Origin: Nitrospirales bacterium | Lineage (GTDB): Bacteria > Nitrospirota > Nitrospiria > Nitrospirales > UBA8639 | DNA length: 64,000 nt | Reading direction: 5' to 3' | Assembly (NCBI GenBank): GCA_965203295.1 | Contig: CBDBCZ010000010.1 | Span: 64,001 to 128,000 of the forward strand | Shown: positions 35,002 through 49,229 of the stretch, piece after piece | How positions within the stretch are numbered: the stretch's first letter is position 1 | How the letters are laid out: each line of letters starts with the position of its first letter | Program-made: the position numbers and the translations under genes | The notes under the pieces: generated by a model | What the model was told of the DNA's origin: nothing | What the model saw: only the letters and a program-made list of their open reading frames with translations | Database searches by the model: none

Positions 35002-37523
35002 TTGGGCTATTCCAGTTAATATCCATGACCCCCCCCCCCCCCCCCATGGATGAGGCAGAAGCTTTATATCCCCTCTGGAATTAGTTGTTTACTACCCCTC
35101 CCCTAGGAAATATACCTTCAGTTGGGATACTGTCTGGAAACTACTGCAATTATGTACACCCTCCCCATGGAAAATTAAAAATATCTCTTGGACCCTCTGG
35201 AAACTGCTATATTTGTGTGCACCCTCCCTATGGAAAGAGTGATTAGCCACCCCCAGGAAACTCTGGAGCACTCAAGAGGACGTACTCGCTACCAAGAAAA
35301 TGTTGAGAGCAAGAACAAACCATCTGGATATGAAGATGTTATTAAAACTGTCCCTGGAAATATTTTTAAAAAAATGACTGTCTGCCACTTGAAAAAAGCA
35401 TCGACCCTTCCCCACACAAACCCCTGGCAGGTTCTATAATTTTCCATTTGGGGGATCTTAAGTTGTGGTGGTCTGCAGACAGTCCTCAATTTTTTTTTTG
35501 GGGGGGGGGGGGGGTCTGGGGGCATACCACCTAGGAGGTTGTTTTAATTTCTGAGCCTTCTGGGAGTGGTTTTGAGGCATTCTAAGATTGTTTTGTGGTC
35601 CTAGTAGCTGTGGTAGTACAAACAGATTTTTAGCTGGTACACTATAAGTCTTACTCACTCCTGTCGAACATACTTGGCAGGGGGAAGCTTGAGTATTTGG
35701 AGCTGACAGTATCCAAGACTACATTCTTAATGCAACACACAAACAAATAGCAGACGATAATACAGCTGTATTAGTGTTCATCAGCAGTCAGATAGCGCGT
35801 TTGCAAGTCATTCATAATAATCATAAAGAAATTATAGGGATCTCTGGGCTCATTGCTTGCTCTTCTTCATCGGACAGTTGTGAAACGTACGGTAATTCAG
35901 TCTCTTCCAAAAGATCCTTTACAATTAAGTCTTCTTCCTGCTGTGTTAACTCTTCTATTTTAACTTTTTGCCTTTGTCGATCCTGGTGCATTTTCAAGCA
36001 TTGTGTTGTTGTGTTGCTTCTGCATTAAATTAACCATCCATAAAAAAGTCAACCAGAGCTCCAAGGGGGGGGGGGGGGGGGGTGGAGGGGGGCGAATACT
36101 CCCCCCCCCCTCCCCCCAAATCAACTGCAGGCCCTGGAAACCTTGAGACAGCCTACGATCTGGACCAGATCGTCCATTCGTTCTAAGCACTACTGTGCTC
36201 TTTATAAATAGTCCACAGCTTTGTGGTCTGAGGCATAAGACGCCTGGGGCCACATGCCTCCAGACCCAACTGTGTAAAGCACGCCTCATTGTACACCCTC
36301 CTGACAATTTTCTGAATAAACCCCTGGACTGGAATGCTGGTGTGATTAGTTAGCAGTGGTTGCTGAACAGTCTGGGTATATACATGTGCACTGTTGTACT
36401 GCCTTTCCTGAAGTTACCGGCCCTTGCAATTAATTGCCATTTGGGACTGTACCCTTCTTGTAAGTGATGCCGTTTGGCTTCTACTTTATGTGCTTTGCAG
36501 ATACAGCTGTCAGGGGATACTGAGAGGTCGAGTAATGAATTCTTTAGTCCAAGATTCATAAGTAGTGTAGTAACCGTCTTGTTTGCCACATAGGGTGCAA
36601 GAGCCGCACGGACGTTTTGGGTGGTATTTAGAGAATACTAGCTGCCGCTTTGCAGCAGTGGGGGTCACCTTTTGTGCAACTCATATTAACAGTAGGTGTA
36701 CCCCCAGTTCCTCTTGCATATGACCTATAATACTGCATTTACTGTGGCACTATCTGCTTTGTTCCTTAGATGAGTCACGAGTGTGTAATGGCGTGCAGAC
36801 GAGTGATGAAAAGACACGTCAAGTTCCTAGAAATGGATTTTTATTTAATTTAACTGCTACTAGGTTTTCTAAGTTTACTACATCCCTCTTTATTTCTGCT
36901 AAGGTCAACATAGTTTGTGTACCAGTTGTATAAAACTGCCATACATGTGAAAATTTAATTACAATTTTGCATTACCTTGAATTTTTGTTTCACAAAGCTT
37001 GGACAGTGGATTTTTTCCCAGAATACACAGGAATAGGTCATCAACTTCTGCTTTTTACAGGTATTGGATGCTATAAAAGTCAGAAACGGATTTGTTCTAA
37101 AGCTTTACTGAAGTGGTTGAAGTCTGAGTGACGGTAGCATCTGCTGCATTTACTCCACAACCGGAAGTACCCCCACGTGGTTTGGGCCGCAACCTTTATC
37201 TGACGATGCTAAATCTGCGTGCCGCTTTTGATAGCTATACGATACAGCATGCGCGAGTTATAGTCACTAAAAGTAAAAAGCACGAGCTCACGAGATGCGC
37301 CTCACTTATCTTATGAATAATTAATAAGGGAAATAAAACTCTACGTAGAAGCGTTTCCGGTGACGGTTGCGGTTCGACTGAACCCCTACCCCCTCAACAA
37401 CATCCCCTGGCCTCTCCGCCACCCTCCCCTTGGAAAGTTTTTGATTTTTTGGCGCACCACCCTCCCCCCGGAATATTTCAGTTATCCATGGGGGGGTCAC
37501 GGATATTAACTGGAATAGCCCAA
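35002..37523 (-). mobile_element. TIR DNA transposon derivative (possibly Academ-like), internally deleted
   Basis: About 35-bp TIR TTGGGCTATTCCAGTTAATATCC.TGACCCCCCC. Internal minus-strand coding scraps CTLCGK, DSCICKAH..EAKRH..PKW. No TSD seen. The superfamily is tentative. Confidence 0.6.
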
Positions 37524-37529
37524 ACAGGC

Positions 37530-39230
37530 GTACAACTCCGCCTTCTGCTGAGAGTCTTTCACAGATGAATTCAGCCTTTTCTGCCATCCCCTGCAGTTTA
37601 TTGTACATATTATTACTCAACATGCATGATTGTTGTAATTTTACAAGGGGATACCTGTCTACATGCCACTTGCACAGGAGGTTTACCACTTGTGGATATA
37701 CATTCATACAATTGTTAACACCTGCAAGATCTATGTATAGCAGCAATGTAGAAAGTAATAAGATAATAAACCTCTCACACGTTGCTATCATTTTGTTTAC
37801 ACTGACTGTTACAGTGAGTGAGTGAGTGACAGTCATCAATGTAGTGATTTTAGCCAGGGGACAGCGCGTCGGACTGCCTTAAAGAAGAAAGTTAATGTGG
37901 CTTCATCTTCTCTGTTTGAAATGAGCCAGGCTACGTACGGGACACCCTATAAGAAATAGATCACAGTGCATGCATTTACTTTGCATACCACATATGCATA
38001 ACAAAAGGCAGTCTTACCATTATGAAACTCGTCAGCCACCATCAGAGTAATCAGTTTGTGCTTGTACTGGTTGGTCTTGTGTGTTAAGTCTAAGCACACA
38101 ACTTTCAGTGAAAAATCTTCAAATAGCTTGGCCTGCAACCCAGTCATTAAGGCCAGGAAGAACATATCATCAGGAAGACCAATGGCATGGTCAGCAATGC
38201 TTTGTGGTTTGTAGGCAAGCAGGGGTGAGGGGTTTCTTGTTGGAGTTCTCTCACGATGCGATCCACTGAAACTGCATCATCATTATGACGATGCTTGCTG
38301 AAATCTTTGAGCTTCCGGCCAATATTTCGACAATCCTGTCGAGTGATGAAGTGTTTTCTGGTAGCACGTTACATGAAATCCTTTCGTCTTGCACGACTTC
38401 TTAAATCTCCTCTGATTGCTATAGTGAAACATTTAGAATGCATAATATCATTATGAATAAACTAATCCATTATAGACCTAAAGTACAAAATAGTGTATAC
38501 TGCATTACAGTAGATACCTGCATGACTACAATGTATACACTAGTATAATTATGTTGACACATCAAGTAGGAATATAGATTATACATTACCATCTATGACT
38601 TTCTCAACTTGTACACACCAGATGCTAGCATTAATCTGACTTGTGTAATAACTGACTGGGGTAGTGGAAGGTATTTGCACTCCTTCAAGTTGATCTGGTG
38701 GCTTGTGTGTGTAGCGATATAAGTTGCCACAATCTCTCCATTCTCCACAATCTCGGAGCCAGTGATGCTGGACAAGCAATAGCTATCTGAGCCTTGTTTA
38801 CGTGAAGCTGTCCGCTTTCTTGTCCGAGTAGTTTTTCGTGCTATTGCATTCCCCTTGTATGTGCCATCTCTGAAACATGTGTACAGTGTGGTACGTGTAC
38901 GGGTTGGCTCTATAGGTGTAATGGAAATGCATGGGAATAATATGGATGCACTTATAGGCATTCTGCACTGCATCTGTTCTTACCACTGTCATGGCACTTT
39001 GTACACCACAATTCTTCGTACGAGATTTTTCTGCAGCACACAGCCCCATGTGCTGAGCAGCTGCAAGATGTTTCCGTCGGTTTTTGACGACCCTGATGAT
39101 ATTACAAAAGTGAACTCCTTAATCGACAATTCCTTCAATGCTGGGGCTCACACTTCCTCACGGTCCACCAAAGTCAGCAGGTGTACTGGCTTACTCACGC
39201 TAAATTTAGACTGGATGAAAGGCTTATGCA
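37530..39230 (-). pseudogene. MULE/Mutator transposase, intron-containing, disrupted
   Basis: YTCFRDG...SRKQGSDSYC..HTSH domain, VVCLDLTHKTNQYKHKLITLMVADEFHNG, VAWLISNREDE and LLCKWHVDR (CxxH). Confidence 0.88.
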
Positions 39231-39355
39231 GCAATTACAAGTGTCCATATCTACATGATTGGGGCAATCCTTAGCAATCCCCAAACTAGTGGGTCTGATC
39301 TGCGTTACGTTTGTGGCCACATACCGTAAATGTTTTTTTGACTGGCTATGTATAA

Positions 39356-41040
39356 TTGAGCCATCATGTCTCTTACTTAAGGGAAAGCAGCCGTGTTGTA
39401 TTCATTCCATTTGAGCTACCGCGACCAAGGCCTGCTAAAATCAATGACACTGAGCTACTAGATAGCTGTCGAGCTGCTGGAGATGCTGTACCGATCTTTG
39501 TACGACTGGGAAAGCTCTTTATGGGTGCAAATCGGGTCAAGACTGATCAGAAGATCTCGGAGGTGTTCCTTCAGTATGGGGTGGAGGTCAGCGTGAGGGT
39601 CCAACGGGTGTACACTATACTACTGCTGTTTACCTTGAAGGTAACTTCAGTATCAGAGATGTGTGTAACAACTAGTAACGGGGACATGGTGTATGACAAT
39701 GGTATGCTTTCTTCCTTAGCTTGCTGAGTGCTCTGGAGTGAGTTCTTCCTTCCAAGAGATATGGGAGTATTTCACTAGTAAAGTGTTGCCAGTAATTAAG
39801 AAATGGCAGCTGGAGTCTGTTGGTGGGTCAGTGGGCAAGTCAGTGGACAAGATAGCTGACACCAGTGGCATTGACATTGTCAATCACCTCTTGGATGAGG
39901 GTGGTGACACATTTGGAGCAGAATAGCAGCGTGACCATGTCCCAGGTAACTGTTGGCATGTGGATGATTTTTATGTGAGGAGTAATTATACCAGGTAAAT
40001 TAGCAACCTTTTGTTCTCCCATACTGTGTCTCTATACTGTATACCCTGCAGGTGCTGCAAGTCATCAATACAGAAGTGACTAATGCAGACTGGTCAAAGC
40101 ATGATGTGGCTCTTATACTAGACAATCTGAGCAAGCTTGGAGTGCAGTGCAACAAAACTGTAGTCCACAAGGCAAATCGTGACTTTGGTAGTGTATGTGG
40201 CAACATTGGTGACAGTCCGTATTTTTTTAAAGGATGGAATAAGCGCATCCACCATCCAGGGCCTACCAAAGAAAAATTTGTGCAAGCCATGGTGTTGCAC
40301 TATTGATAAAGATTTCATTAACCCAGATGTCCTGAGGAGGCTTATCCAAGGTAATTGATTATAATTTATATATAGCCATGACTGTTGATATCTGAAAGAA
40401 CTAAAAAATTAAAATGCTATTCTCCTTCAGTTACAGGTTTGACCGTTGCACCGCCTGCCCCACCAAAGGCTATAGCTATTCCCAACAAGGACATGCCTGC
40501 CCCCGAGGAAACACTCACCCCACCGAAAGCTATAGCTATTCCCAGCCAGGAAACGCCTGCCCCTGAGGAAACACCCGCCCCACCAAAAGCTATACCTATT
40601 CCCAGCAAGGAATCGCCTGCCCTGAAGAAACACCCGCCACACCAAAAGCTATAGCTATTCCCAACCAGGAATCGCCTGCTCCCGAGGAAACACACACCAC
40701 ACCAAAAGCTATATTCATTCCCAGCAAGAAAACACCTTCCCCCCAAGGAAACGCCCACCCCACCAACAGCTATATCTATTCCCAGCAAAATGCCTGCCCC
40801 CAAGGAAACGCCCACCACACCAAAAGCTATAGCTATTCCCAGCAAGAAAATGCCTGCCCCCAAGGAAAGGCCCACCACACCAAAAGCTATAGCTATTCCC
40901 AGCAAGAAAACGCCTGCCCCCGAAGAAACACCCAGAGACACCCCTGTTATCCTAGAGGCCAGCTCCTCAAGAAAAAGGAGCAGAAATTATCAACACCTTA
41001 GTGATGACCTCACTACTTTTGTCGGTCCAATGCAAAGAGG
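39356..41040 (+). pseudogene. Unknown multi-exon gene remnant divergent from the MULE, ending in a Pro/Thr/Lys-rich repeat exon
   Basis: Exon-like blocks bounded by CAG/GT (VLQVINTEVTNADWSKHD.., ..SPYFFKGWNKR), with stops and frameshifts. Confidence 0.45.
40452..40935 (+). repeat. About 60-bp minisatellite, about 8 copies, encoding PPKAIAIPSKETPAPEETPA
   Basis: Repeated CCACCAAAAGCTATAGCTATTCCCAGCAAG..CCTGCCCCC.AGGAAAC. Confidence 0.95.
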
Positions 41041-41167
41041 TCGTGAAAGGCTCCAGTTAAGTACAGTTAAAATACTCACACCCTCATGCAGTACATCGGT
41101 TACTTTCATTGTGAACTCTTCAAGAGAAGAAAGCTTTCTGAGAGAGTAAAGAAGTCCCGAAAAATCG

Positions 41168-41241
41168 GGACCCAGCTGGGGATTGAATCCAGGAACTTCT
41201 GAATACTAGTCAGATGCTCTTACTAATTGAGCTACTGGAGC
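41168..41241 (-). tRNA. tRNA-Thr(AGT)-like gene, pseudogene or SINE head
   Basis: GCTCCAG-TAGCTCAATTAGTAAGAGC-A-TCTGA CTAGTAT TCAGA-...CTGGATTCAATCCCCAG-CTGGGTC. A- and B-box-like motifs, mismatches in the acceptor and T stems, followed by TTTTT. Confidence 0.7.
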
Positions 41242-41679
41242 CCCCTTGGCAGAGGAACAGTAGGCAAGCTTTATATAGCCACTAAACCCGCTAGTAGAAC
41301 TTGCCAGTAGGACCCAGCCAATTCCAACTGTAATTACTCTCTCATTATAGGCCTCTCCCCCATCTAAACATGAGAAACGTGCTACATCCAAACTTAGCCT
41401 TAATGACATTGTTTTATGCTAATTATTACACAATGTCATGCATAAATTACGTACTCAGTTTTTCTGCTGTTAAAAAGTTGTGATTGATTTCATACATGCA
41501 ACGAAGGTACACTACAACTATGCAGTATATTATAAGGTCCAGGGGTGCATGCCAAGAGAACGGAGACAAGAGAGGTTGGGGGAGAGAGAGAGAGGGAAAG
41601 CAAGAGAAAGAGCTAGGTGGTGGGGGAGTAAGTGCAAAAGAGGGGGAGAGGGTCAATGATGAGCAGAGTTCCTTCTAAC

Positions 41680-42420
41680 CTTGCCAAGTGCATTGCAGAA
41701 AGCAGACTACAGGAGAAATGTAGAAAAACAGAGAGAACAGAGCACAAACAATATGGAGAGCATGCAGAGTTTATACACAGGAGTATCAGAGACTGAGCAT
41801 GCAGTGAACAGAGAGAGAATGTATAGAACATGGAGAATATTAAGAACAGAGAGCACAGGGAGTTGAGAGGGACCAGGGAGTTAGAGAGAGAGCTAGAGAG
41901 CAGAAAGCACTGGGAGTTCAGAGAGATCAGAGAACAGGAGAGAGCATAGAGAACATTGAGACAGGGACCAGGGAGATCAGAGAGAGTCGACAGGGACCAG
42001 GGAGATCAGAGAGAGCAGAGAACAGGTGAGAGCGCAGAGAACAGGTGAGAATGTAGAGAACATTGAGAAAGAGAAAACAGAGAGAACAGGGAGTTCAGTG
42101 AGAGACCAGCGAACAGAAGAGAATGTAGAGAACATGAAGAACAGAGAGCACATGGAGTTGAGAGGGATCAGGGTGTTAGAGAGAGGGAGCAGAGAACAGG
42201 AGAGAATGTAGAGAACATGGAGAACTGAGAGCACAGGAAGTTCAGGAAGCACTGGGAGTTCAGGGAGAGCAGAGAACAGGAGAGAAAATAGAGAACATGG
42301 AGAACAGAGAGAATGCGGGAGATAGCCTTGAGAGCACGACGTCTCCGCACAGACTCTCCGCTCTGCAGTATGCTTTGGTTGAACCGGATCTCTGCGCATA
42401 AAGACACGAATTAATCGTAA
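41680..42420 (-). repeat. Inverted copy of the CT-rich tandem repeat element at 34380-35001
   Basis: GA-rich reverse complement with the same head sequence. Confidence 0.9.
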
Positions 42421-43019
42421 TGCCATTTCACAGCCTCGTGACAAAAAACTGTAGTTGCTGAATGACGCAAAATTGCTGAACGGAATGTACTACCAGAGAT
42501 CCAGGGCTATCCAACTGTACCAAGAATGACAGGCTACCTCCATCAAGAATGGCAGTAGCGCATTGGATGTTGAAAAGTGAGTTAGCGATAGCTACTAATG
42601 CCCAACCAATACTCGTTTCATGTATTGCTAAAGCACTGATCACACGAGCATTGGCTAGGCCAAGGCATGGATTAGTGTACTGAAGTCATAGCTTTGGTTG
42701 AATACTATCTATCCCTGTAAAAATGGGAGGAGCCAGGCTTGGGGATAAAGCCAATTATTGTTGACGAAAATCGCGGCAACTCTAGCAAAGTTTAGGGCCT
42801 GTTTGGTCGAAGAATAAGTGATGGGCAGGGGATCAGTGCTTATTAACCCGAAAAAAAATGTTAAAACTTAGGAGGGAGTGTACAGGCCACTTACAGTTCT
42901 AGAAGGTACTATTGTAGCCATTTGCCACAATGTGGATCTGAAGGTCTAATAAGTTGTGAGAATATCAGAACGGGGCATAGAATATAGCATAGTAAGCAAC
43001 ATTATCAACGATTCACAGA

Positions 43020-43974
<955 letters not shown>

Positions 43975-43975
<1 letters not shown>

Positions 43976-45273
43976 TTTGGAGTATGTAGCCATAGCCTGA
44001 CCTGTAAGTTTCTTTCCACAAAGCCTTGGCTTTGGGGCTGTGGGAAAAGAGAGCAATCCAGAGGGTGAAGAAGAGGCTCAAAGTGGGAGCTTTAAATCTT
44101 TCCCCAACAAGATTGAGCATATGACTAAGGCACCCTACGTCCAGCAGATTCGGGTACATGATCGTGACAACACGCATAGCAGCAGTGTTTACACTGGCCC
44201 TGTCTCGCATTACAGCCAGTAGCCTGTGAGATTCCACACTGAGTGTGACGGACAGCACACTGATAAGTTCTCGTGCCACTTCCTCACCACTCATGCTCTT
44301 CATCAAGAACTCGAGACGAACAAGGCGCTGCTGAATGGTCCAGTCACTCATGAAACGCACCACCACAGCCAAAACCTCACCAAGACGTGATGTGCCATCG
44401 AAGATTACTGATAGGTACTTCCCTTCAATCTCTGCCCTCAAACGACTACGCTCCTCCTGAAGGATAAATGGCATCAAGTCAAACATGTGCCTTGAATCCG
44501 TCAGTCGATAACCATTCTCTTGCAAAAGATCCCTCAAGCCTGGGCATTCTAACTTCTGTAAGGGAATTCCAGCTTGCATCAATGCCATAACAACTTTCAC
44601 TCTGTAGACCTTGGTGTCTGCATCGAGAGTTCACCCTTACGGTGAGTCTCCGCATCGTGCTTTTCAACAGCCTGTGCCAAATCCCTCTCTCTGGCCTCCT
44701 TTTCCAGGAGTTTTTCCTTGCTCCTCTGGTGCTTTGCACACTTGATATGGCTAACAACCACATTTCGCTTCAATGCAAGGCATTCCCGACATGCTTTACA
44801 AAAAAAGCTTGCCTCCCGAGGCAGCCAGGTGCTCACCGGGAAATTCGCATGCCCTGTGTAATGGTGTAACAGTTTTGGGGTCGTGTTTCTGAGCACTGGT
44901 GCCAGCCTGGGATCGCTTCTTCCCAACTGGCGGTGGGTTAGCGTGGATTTTCCGCTTTCTGGCCAAGTCTAAGGGCCTTGGCGATCATAGCGTTTCTAAC
45001 AAACTCGGACGAATTTCGGACTCTCCACCAGCTCCAGTTGTATGGCAACTCGTCGTACTCGATCGCGAACTCTCACAGCCGTCACCACTAGACATACTAG
45101 ACTCGATAGCACTAGATTCCATTTTGACCGTACATATACATGCCACGCGGTTAATCACGTGCACATAATGACGTCATTTCATACGATTTATGCCTATTAT
45201 TCTCGTATTATTCGTGTTCCAAATTTCCCCCGATTATTCCTAAAGAAATTCCCGCATAATGTGCGTGTCCCTA
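43975..45273 (-). mobile_element. hAT-like element, 5' half with frameshifted transposase
   Basis: Terminus TAGGGACACGCAC at 45273. FCKACRE..SHIKCAKH Zn finger, SVIFDGTSRLG, RDRASVN and CLSHMLNLVG (CxxH). Confidence 0.8.
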
Positions 45274-45391
45274 CCTATGACCTGTTCTTTATCTTGTACT
45301 TCCTGAAAATAGAGCACAGTGTGCACTTACACTTTGGTACTTTGATCTTGAATGGCTTCATACACTAAATGCAGTATATTATGTCAAAGGA

Positions 45392-46866
45392 ATGCAGTTT
45401 ATATTTGAAGAGTTGCAGAGTGCAACTCTCTACCCTGCTGACACCAACAAGATTGGCTGTGGAGGCTATGGGTCAGTATATACCGGAATTGTGCAACAAG
45501 TCAAAGTTGCTGTGAAGTTCTTGTCACAGGTTTGTACGGGTTCCTTCTCCCACTCTAAAATGCTATACTACCTTCACTACAGATATACTTGCTTAATATA
45601 GGAAGGACAAAAAGCTATACTCGGTGATCTTTCTGCCAAGCAGCTCAATGCTGAGCTTGCTGCACTGGGAAGGTCAATTTTTACCTTCCTGGATGTAACT
45701 TAATTTACACTGTTAGTCACATTTACATTAATGCACAGGTTTCGGCACCCTAATGTAGTCCCACTCATGGGCTACTGTCTGGATCCTCCTGCACTGCTGT
45801 TGGAGTACATGGAACGTGGGAGCCTATATGACAACTTTCATGGTGTAAGTACATGTAGTCATGTATGTTTGGAGACTTGGAGCGTATACTGCTAAAATGC
45901 TAATGCCATCATCTAGTGCCTTTTAGCTAATGTATGAAAATTTATCAGAAAGTGATTATATAATACTCCACTTAACTTAGACCACCCAGCCGTTACCATG
46001 GAAAGCAACATCGAAAGTGCTTTTAGATACAATCTGGGAATTGTCGTACCTGCATTCAGCAAATCCTCCCTTGGTCCATCATGATATTAAAACATGAGCT
46101 TGTTCAAACAGTAAAAACAATTCTCCCAGTTGGCTAAGTTTCTTCAATTCCAACCCAAAGTTCACAACTTCAGGTTGGAATTGAAAAACTTTGCAGTGGG
46201 TAATAATTACATGTAACTGAGAATTTATTGAATTGCAGCCAAAATATCCTCATTGATATCTGCGACAATGGAAGAATTGGAGATTTTGGATTTAGTCTTG
46301 AGCTACCAGAGATAGTCGAAGGACGCTCGATGTTCACTGCACAAGCTTTTGCAAGGATGGAGGGATATTATCCCTCTGAATTATCTGTGGGCCACTTCTC
46401 TACCAAGAGTGATGTTTACTGCTATGGTGTGGTAATTCATACAGTTTTATGTGTATTTGTGCTTTTGATTAGTACGACAATCCTCTTAATAAGACGTACT
46501 GGAAACTTATACTGGCAAGAAGGCATTTTCTGTTGAGAGAGGACAAAAAGTTGGTGAGTTTAGAGAATAGGCGTGTGATACTACTCACTTTTGGAGTTAT
46601 GTTTTTCATTACATGTATAGGTTGACCACTTTGATGAAGAAAGAAGTGATGAAGTAAAATTTTCCTCCATTCAAGATGAAAGGATCAGCCAATGTTCAGA
46701 AGAACTTTGGAAGCTTCTCTTTCAGGTGGTATGATCATGCCTTCTCCTGCATTGCAAGCGCCCTACATCAATGAACGTACGTGGATAATCTACTCTGCAA
46801 CCTACATTGTGTTACTGTTGTCTTGCTGAACAGGTCAGTGTGTGGCCATTAGTCAAGCGGCCATAA
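45392..46866 (+). pseudogene. IRAK/Pelle-like protein kinase, multi-exon, disabled
   Basis: FIFEELQSAT, IGCGGYGSVY, VAVK, FRHPNVVPLMGYC, HHDIK, NILID..IGDFG, GYYPSE and KSDVYCYGV. One donor site is mutated (AAAC|ATGAG) and there is an in-frame TGA near 46732. Confidence 0.88.
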
Positions 46867-47129
46867 GATGGACAGCACCTGAAACCAGATGTGTGAACCT
46901 CGTGTATTATTCAGAGAGTCATTCTCAGTATGTTTCTTGGGATTCCCATTCACAAGCCTTAAATCTCATTCTCGTCAAGTCAACCGTGAAAACCTTCATG
47001 TGTATCAGTGATGCCAAGTTATGTTTCAGTTATGTACACTTTTTCCTGCCTTTTTCCATTGTGCAATACTATTGTTTGTTTCCTTTGTTGCATACATGGT
47101 CAACAAGTTATTCGAAGTAGTCAACCAAA

Positions 47130-48900
47130 TGCAAATAAAAGCTTTTGATATTCTCGTGTGAAGTCTGATGCAGAAATTTTGAAGGTGTTGGCTAGATAGT
47201 TCTCAGCAAGTACTTTAAACCAGCTGGGAAAAAACTGTGGCGGTGGGGTCGCTTCATGTTGCATCAAATGCAGCCATATGGTGGTATCTGCAGTCTTCAC
47301 ATGAGAAGTTGTACCTATAGTACATACAAAAAATTAACATCAGTATTTGCATGCCATAGCCAATTTGTGAGGAAGTCTTAAAACCATGCATACTGTAAGG
47401 AAAGAAATACCTACCAAATTTTTCTGGCATATCGAACAAATTATCTGGTATGCCTGAGGGCAGTCTGCTATGTGATTCTGTCTTATTATGTGGCTGTTCC
47501 TATAAGTGACAAAATCATCAATGTCTTTTTGCAGCAAAGGAACAAAGACATATGCAAGGCATCTCCTGTTGAGGAATAGGATACTTAAACACTCAATAAC
47601 ATATTATTGCAATGTCATACCGATGTGTCTCATTTTTGCAGTCAAACTGCCCATTGGCAACCAACTCCTACAGTGTACAAGATTAATTTTATTGTGGTAT
47701 TAATAATGGCAAGAATATCCAGCAGAGAATAACATTACTTTGCAGAGGTCAATCCACCAGACACTTTTTAGTCTTTTTGCTGGGACCACCAGCTTTCTAT
47801 TCTCTGCAGTGAACATGGGACACGGAAGCACTAAATGTTTGAGTCACAATTTTTTTTTGCATGATTCTGATCATACCACATTTGCGGGAGATGGACCATA
47901 TACAAAGCTCTTTTCTGCTGCTAGGTCGTCTTGATGATTCATCAGGAAAGCAATCTGGGCTGTAGCTACAGAGGGGCTCTCCGTCCCATAGTCTGACCTC
48001 AGCCTTGTTGGACAGCCTGAATAAACCTTAGAACAGTAATAAAAAGTGCCGTGCACACTTTGCTTTTACTAAATAACTTGATTACCTCCACATTTTTCAA
48101 CTGCTTTCAAGTAGTAGTAAAGAATGACTTGGGTCATGATTGCTAGTTGCAACTTTCATCCATAAAATCTTACGGCTGAAGCAGAGGTAAGTGAATCCAA
48201 TTCTATCAAAGGAACACAAAATCCTATAATATTATAGTATGACTTCTCACCCATCAATACAGCCATGTATTGTAAGACCATACGGACGGGGTGAGCTTGT
48301 CATATCCGTCACAGTGCCAGAGGTAATCAGGACCCTGAGTAAAAAATTCATCAAAACACTTATCATAAACTATCATAATAGGGTTGATTAGATTAACAAT
48401 TACCTTGTTTCTGTAAATTTTACGCTTTAAGCGTCTCCGAGCCCGGTGAGAATCCTCTTCAGGGTCCAGTTCTTCACTGTCATCACTTTATTCCTGTATT
48501 ATGTAGGACAAGGCATATTCATTAAATAATAATCCTAAATGTATAGACAAAAAGGGTAGCTACCTGCTGACAACACATCTGTACTTCTGTCGCAACACTT
48601 GTCCCACATACTTCTGTAACCCAGAAGTTTATTTGATGTATCCAGTTCGTGCTATAATGGAAAGACTCATTTTAAGGTAGCCTTATACACAAATCAGCCT
48701 GAATCCGATACAATACTTACTTGAATTAACGTACGAAGGTTTGTGTCTGATACACTGCAGCCCCTTCGCTTCATCCCCAGACTTCGAAATGGTTTCTTTA
48801 ACCAGGAATGACTATCCATACCTAGAGTGCATATACCTTCGAGATAGTTGGTGAACTCTGTCCAGTCACTTTAAAATCAATGTACACGGTCTCCAGGAAA
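47130..48900 (-). pseudogene. IS3EU/integrase-core-type DDE transposase, intron-rich, disrupted
   Basis: LGYRSMW, GPDYLWHCDGYDKL.PYGLTIHGCIDG, SRKILWMKV, GCPTRLRSDYGTE, RIESWWSQ and NSHIIR. Confidence 0.85.
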
Positions 48901-49229
48901 AAAGTATTTCACTAATAATTCTGTAATGTGAATAAAAGGATCTTGGCTAACTCAAACAGAACTCATGCTGCATATTTTGACCGGATAAGTACTACTACTC
49001 TATTATCTTTATGCTTTCACTGTATTGTATCTAATCTTGTTTACAAGCTAGACGGCACAATGCGTACTGCTTACCATCTAGTTCACTGTCCAGCGTGTCC
49101 TAATAAAAGCACATCTATAGCAAGCTCAAAAGGTTAAAGGTATTCACGTACCCCGCTATCGTTCTACATTAACTTTGGAACCCGGACTTCGCGTTCGGTA
49201 AGCGGACATAGGGAATCGGTTTAACCGCA

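Noticed and set aside
34395..35019. Leu/Ser-rich ORFs (also 41977-42444, 40417-40941 minus and 63500-63991)
   Set aside because: Low-complexity or antisense repeat translations.
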